Positions 28,818 to 32,000 of a DNA stretch of 32,000 nucleotides are shown piece by piece. The notes below the pieces were generated by a model, which was not told the DNA's origin, did no database searches, and worked only from the letters and a program-made list of their open reading frames with translations. The stretch lies in contig NC_013967.1 in assembly GCF_000025685.1 (NCBI RefSeq), positions 2,815,758-2,847,757 of the forward strand, read 5' to 3'. Made by a program: the position numbers and the translations under genes. Within the stretch, counting starts at the first letter, position 1. Each line of letters starts with the position of its first letter. Origin of the DNA: Haloferax volcanii DS2 (GTDB lineage Archaea > Halobacteriota > Halobacteria > Halobacteriales > Haloferacaceae).

Positions 28818-29810
28818 TCAGTCCTCGCGGTTGCCGGGGCCCCACGTGTCCGGAACTTCGATGACGTACCGGCCGTCCTCGCGGAGCGAGATGATGTACT
28901 CGCTTCGGTCGTACAGCTCCATGAGGTTGAGTTCGTACTGCCCGGGGTTGACGATTTTGATGCTCTCGAACTGGTCGTTGAGCTCCTCGCGAAGCTGGTC
29001 CAGGTCGGGCCGCTCGTCGGACGAAGGCTCGATGACCGTGCCGTCCGCGTCCGTGGGCGCGTCGGCGGGCTGACCGGCCGGCCCCTCGGAGGCGGGCGGC
29101 GCTTCGGACGGCGTCTCAGCCGCCGAACCGCGTCGGTTCGCGTCGGCGGCGGCGAGTTCCTCCGGCGTGACGACATCGCTCCGAGCGCTCTTCTGGGAGT
29201 TGTCTTCGTCCGTCTCGCGCGCGTTGATTTTACCGGGGTCGCGGTCCGGAGGCGAAGCCGAGTCCGCCGAGCTACTGGGTCGCTCCGTCGCGTCACCTCG
29301 GAATTTGTTCCGCGACGCTGAAGGTTCCTGCGGGTCTGCTCCCGGAGACTCGCCGGGCGCGGACGGCCACTCGCCCCAACCGCGAGGTTTGTCTTCGGGT
29401 TCGCCACCCGCGTCGGCCGCGTCGGACGCGTCGCTCGACCCGGCCGCACCGGTCGACGACGGTTCGCTTCGGGTCGAACCGGCGGTGTCACCGGTCTCGG
29501 ATCGCTGTGGGGCGTTCGCGTCCGCATTCGCGTCCGCCCAGTCGCTGACGGTCATCGACTCCTCGTCGGTCGAGTCGGGATAGGACTGCTGCTGTGCGCG
29601 GTCTCGGACGGCGTCGGCCGCCGAAGAGCTCAGGTCCCGCGTTCCGGCGCCGCCCGTCGACGGCGTGTCGTCGCTTGCGCTCGCGGGAGCGCTCCCGCTC
29701 GACGCGGGCTTGAACTGAAACTTGTTGCCGCCGCAGTTCGGGCACCCCGAGAGCATCTCCTTCGAACCGTCGGGGAACACCTTACCGCACGTGGTGCATT
29801 GATGTGGCAT
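28818..29810 (-). CDS. oapC: Origin-associated protein OapC type: N-terminal zinc ribbon, long low-complexity middle, conserved C-terminal domain
   Basis: MPHQCTTCGKVFPDGSKEMLSGCPNCGGNKF, then an S/A/D/P-rich middle, then C-terminal LDQLREELNDQFESIKIVNPGQYELNLMELY. Position is third in the operon next to the origin. Confidence 0.75.
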   Translation of the reverse strand: MPHQCTTCGKVFPDGSKEMLSGCPNCGGNKFQFKPASSGSAPASASDDTPSTGGAGTRDLSSSAADAVRDRAQQQSYPDSTDEESMTVSDWADANADANAPQRSETGDTAGSTRSEPSSTGAAGSSDASDAADAGGEPEDKPRGWGEWPSAPGESPGADPQEPSASRNKFRGDATERPSSSADSASPPDRDPGKINARETDEDNSQKSARSDVVTPEELAAADANRRGSAAETPSEAPPASEGPAGQPADAPTDADGTVIEPSSDERPDLDQLREELNDQFESIKIVNPGQYELNLMELYDRSEYIISLREDGRYVIEVPDTWGPGNRED

Positions 29811-29858
29811 TGGTGGATGTTGGCGCCGGATGACGCGTGAGGGCGTTCGTGGGGCCCC

Positions 29859-30251
29859 CTACTTTCGCGAGACGAGCGCGCTGATGAGATTCTCGTCCTT
29901 GTGAAGCGTCTGAATCTGGTTCGCGGGACCGATGACCGTGAGCTTCTGGGTCGACTGTCGGCCCATGAGCCGGTCGAGGAAGCTCTGGTCTGCGGTCTGC
30001 GAACGCGGATACGTCTCGATTTCGATACCGTTGAACTCGTCGGGGCTTATCTCGGCCATCGTGACTTCGATAAGCTTCGACTCCTCGTCGGGCGAGAGGC
30101 CTTCCTCCAGGATGACGATGTTCCCGTCACGGACGCCGTCGAGGATGAGTCGAATCTTCTCCATGCTGGTGAGGTTTGCCATCCGATTCCCGCTGAAGAG
30201 GTCTATCTGGACCCCGTCGGAGCCGTTGTCGGAGGCGGTTGCTTCAGGCAT
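29859..30251 (-). CDS. oapB: Origin-associated protein OapB type (DUF2073-like, 130 aa)
   Basis: Track ORF starting 6 nt after the upstream GTPase gene's stop. Family assignment rests on position and my recollection of the Haloferax oap operon, not on a motif I can verify. Confidence 0.7.
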   Translation of the reverse strand: MPEATASDNGSDGVQIDLFSGNRMANLTSMEKIRLILDGVRDGNIVILEEGLSPDEESKLIEVTMAEISPDEFNGIEIETYPRSQTADQSFLDRLMGRQSTQKLTVIGPANQIQTLHKDENLISALVSRK

Positions 30252-30257
30252 GGTGGA

Positions 30258-30899
30258 TCACGCGAAGTACTTCGCGATTTTGGCGTACACTTCGTCCATG
30301 TTCTCCCCTTCGAGCGCTGACAACTCGACTGTTTCGTGCTGTGGGTACGCGTTCGCGATGCGCTCGACGTTCGAGTCTTCGAGGTCGATCTTGTTCGCGA
30401 AGATGAGCACGGGCAGGTCCTGGCTCTCGATGATACCGATGAGCATCGTGTTGACCTGCGATATCGGGTCCTTCGTGCTGTCGAGCACGTAGATGACGCC
30501 GTCGACGTCCTCGCGGAGCCAGTGCATGGCCTCGGCGACGCCCTCGGTCGCCTCGCGGGACCGGCGAACGGCGTCGTCTTTCTCCATGTCGTGTTCGAGG
30601 AACTCCTTGTAATCGACCTTCGTCGTAACCCCCGGGGTGTCGACGATGTCGATAGTGACTTTCTTGCCGTTCCGCTCGATTTCGACGTTCTCTTTCCGCC
30701 TGGCGCGGCGAGTCTCGTGAGGGATGTGGCTCTCGGGACCGACGGCGTCACCGGTCCAATCACGGGCGATACGATTTGCGAGAGTCGTCTTCCCGGCGTT
30801 GGGCGGGCCATATATACCGATCCGCTTCGGCTCGCTCTCCGAAAAGAGCCGGTCGACGACTCGTGAGATGCTGTCTCTTAAATCTGTGAGCAGTCCCAT
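30258..30899 (-). CDS. oapA: Small GTP-binding protein (origin-associated protein OapA type)
   Basis: P-loop GPPNAGKTT (G1), DTPG (G3), NKID (G4 NKxD). Internal ATG at 30899 (MGLLTDLRD) preferred. The track start at 30953 is GTG and lies upstream of the TSS predicted from the CTTAAG motif at 30967..30972. Confidence 0.85.
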   Translation of the reverse strand: MGLLTDLRDSISRVVDRLFSESEPKRIGIYGPPNAGKTTLANRIARDWTGDAVGPESHIPHETRRARRKENVEIERNGKKVTIDIVDTPGVTTKVDYKEFLEHDMEKDDAVRRSREATEGVAEAMHWLREDVDGVIYVLDSTKDPISQVNTMLIGIIESQDLPVLIFANKIDLEDSNVERIANAYPQHETVELSALEGENMDEVYAKIAKYFA

Positions 30900-31337
30900 C
30901 CTGGGCCTCCCGCACCTCCCGAACGCGTCGTGGAGGGCGTATGGAGGTATCACCCAACCGGACTCACTTAAGCACTACGTCAGACACCAGTCACGTGGTC
31001 GACAAAACGACAGAAAAGAACGTCGGTGACGGCGGCCAGTCCGATTGGGCGAACTCGAACGACGAAATCGACAGGCCGGCGTTCGAGCGGGACGTACCGA
31101 GCGATAGAAAGGCGGCCGCTCGGCGGCGATACGCGTTCATTTAGTTGTTACTTTGGGCGTACACGTGCGTAACTCGAACGGATACCGAGCATGACTCCGG
31201 AGTACCGCAGTGTCTCTCGAACACGACGAGCGTTCTGAAGCCGCCGCGCCGACCTCCCCACAGTCTGTCCTCGCCGCAGTAGCCGTGATTCTGATATAGT
31301 GACACGTGCCGCGGGGACGTGAACCACTCGCAAGGCA

Positions 31338-31367
31338 ACACCCCCACCCCTTCGTTTCAGGTGGAAC
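31338..31367 (-). repeat. Origin recognition box (ORB) with G-string: GTTCCACCTGAAACGAAGGGGTGGGGGTGT
   Basis: Read directly and anchored to the track ORF 31137..31478 frame. Inverted relative to the copy at 31540..31569. Confidence 0.8.
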
Positions 31368-31371
31368 GGGC

Positions 31372-31390
31372 CGAAGGGGTGGGTGGGGGG
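31372..31390 (+). repeat. ORB half-site / G-string CGAAGGGGTGGGTGGGGGG
   Basis: Its first 12 nt (31372..31383) form a perfect 12-bp inverted repeat with 31343..31354 (CCCACCCCTTCG), separated by 17 nt. Confidence 0.6.
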
Positions 31391-31539
31391 AGACCGCTAG
31401 ACGGCGGTCGGATGTTAATTGAATAGAGAGGGTGAGTAATATTATCCATTTTCTCTCTACTACGGGTTTGATATGCAAATATCTGTGATAAAACCACCGC
31501 TATACAAAGACTACCGAACCCCCTCCCCTCCTGTTCGCG
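31391..31539. other. AT-rich duplex unwinding element (DUE) candidate
   Basis: 31411..31500 is 32/90 G+C by hand count, versus about two thirds for the window. It is bounded by inverted ORBs and has no credible ORF. Confidence 0.7.
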
Positions 31540-31569
31540 GCTCCACCTGAAACGAAGGGGTGTGGGGGA
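31540..31569 (+). repeat. Origin recognition box (ORB) with G-string: GCTCCACCTGAAACGAAGGGGTGTGGGGGA
   Basis: The 21-nt core TCCACCTGAAACGAAGGGGTG is identical to the minus-strand copy at 31365..31345. Confidence 0.8.
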
Positions 31570-31692
31570 ACCGAGACGCAGGGGTTTCCCGTCGAACTGG
31601 AGAACGACAGTTAATTACAAGAGAAATCGAGACGTTACACAAGGTCAATACTCGCTCTACTACCCGAATTCGTCCAAATCGTTATTCGGACA

Positions 31693-31715
31693 TCTCCACG
31701 CGAAACGAAGGGGTT
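31693..31715 (+). repeat. Origin recognition box (ORB), third copy: TCTCCACGCGAAACGAAGGGGTT
   Basis: Shares TCCAC..GAAACGAAGGGGT with the other copies. Preceded by a second AT-rich block (about 31603..31692). Confidence 0.7.
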
Positions 31716-32000
31716 ACTCCCATCGAATTTTCTGTCGGGGACACATCGCACGTCGAGTTCCACTCCAACGACGCCCGTTGGTCAGTCACCGCCACCGCTC
31801 AGTTACTGTCGGTACTCGGTCTCCGACACCCATCCGGCTACCCACCATCGTTCAGTCACGCTGCCGCGCAGTTGCCGGCGCAACTCGTTACCCACCACTC
31901 GGCCGACTCGACCTGTTTCGACTCGAGCCGAGCCGACTTTCCGACGCGGCTCGATTCGCCCGTTCGCCATCTGGTTCGTCTCCCAGCGACCGCCGGTACT

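Noticed and set aside
30941-31144. 67-aa plus-strand ORF between oapA and the origin
   Set aside because: Starts inside the oapA promoter and 5' region. Mixed codon usage, no motifs, and it covers one of the CACGTG sites. More likely non-coding origin-proximal DNA.
31137-31478. Minus-strand ORFs of 61-113 aa (31137..31478, 31141..31347, 31148..31333)
   Set aside because: They read straight through the ORB, G-string and AT-rich DUE. The products are implausible, and the repeats explain the sequence better.
31338-31721. Repeated ~21-30 nt element (..GAAACGAAGGGG..), initially suspicious for a small CRISPR array
   Set aside because: Copies are in mixed orientation, irregularly spaced (about 170 and 120 nt apart) and not separated by spacer-sized unique segments. 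No cas genes or leader are present. The motif matches archaeal ORBs instead.

Overview
Haloarchaeal chromosomal segment: very GC-rich with strongly acidic predicted proteins. Gene content and order look Haloferax-like, which is an inference because no database search was possible. I support about 31 protein-coding genes plus 2-3 micro-ORFs, mostly on the minus strand. From left to right they are: truncated yigZ/IMPACT, an ACT-domain protein, scattered hisB/hisA/hisI, a phosphohexomutase, a DUF3800 protein, prepilin peptidase PibD, a frameshifted membrane protein, 2Fe-2S ferredoxin, a PiT phosphate transporter, a metY-metX-metY cluster, bacterial-type NAD-dependent DNA ligase (LigN), an ABC-2 transporter pair, a truncated VIT-family gene, a soluble PAS-MCP transducer, uvrC, mdh, a p27-like Zn-ribbon protein, USP, Hef helicase/nuclease and the oapC-oapB-oapA operon. 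The right end (31.3-31.8 kb) reads as a chromosomal replication origin: inverted ORB repeats with G-strings flank an AT-rich unwinding element next to oapA. One further ORB copy lies 2.5 kb away, between oapC and hef. The only clearly accessory DNA is a ~1.1 kb low-GC islet (5240-6320) carrying a lone DUF3800 gene with no mobility genes. I found no rRNA, tRNA, CRISPR array, transposase or integrase. Several short palindromes and tandem repeats sit in promoter-proximal intergenic DNA. Many long ORFs in the supplied track are antisense or out-of-frame shadow ORFs typical of GC-rich DNA and were rejected. I did not find a multi-gene system that I can defend as new. The origin-linked GTPase operon with its ORB bracket and the DUF3800 islet are the best leads. 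Non-coding motif coordinates were anchored to ORF-track frames but could be off by 1-2 nt.
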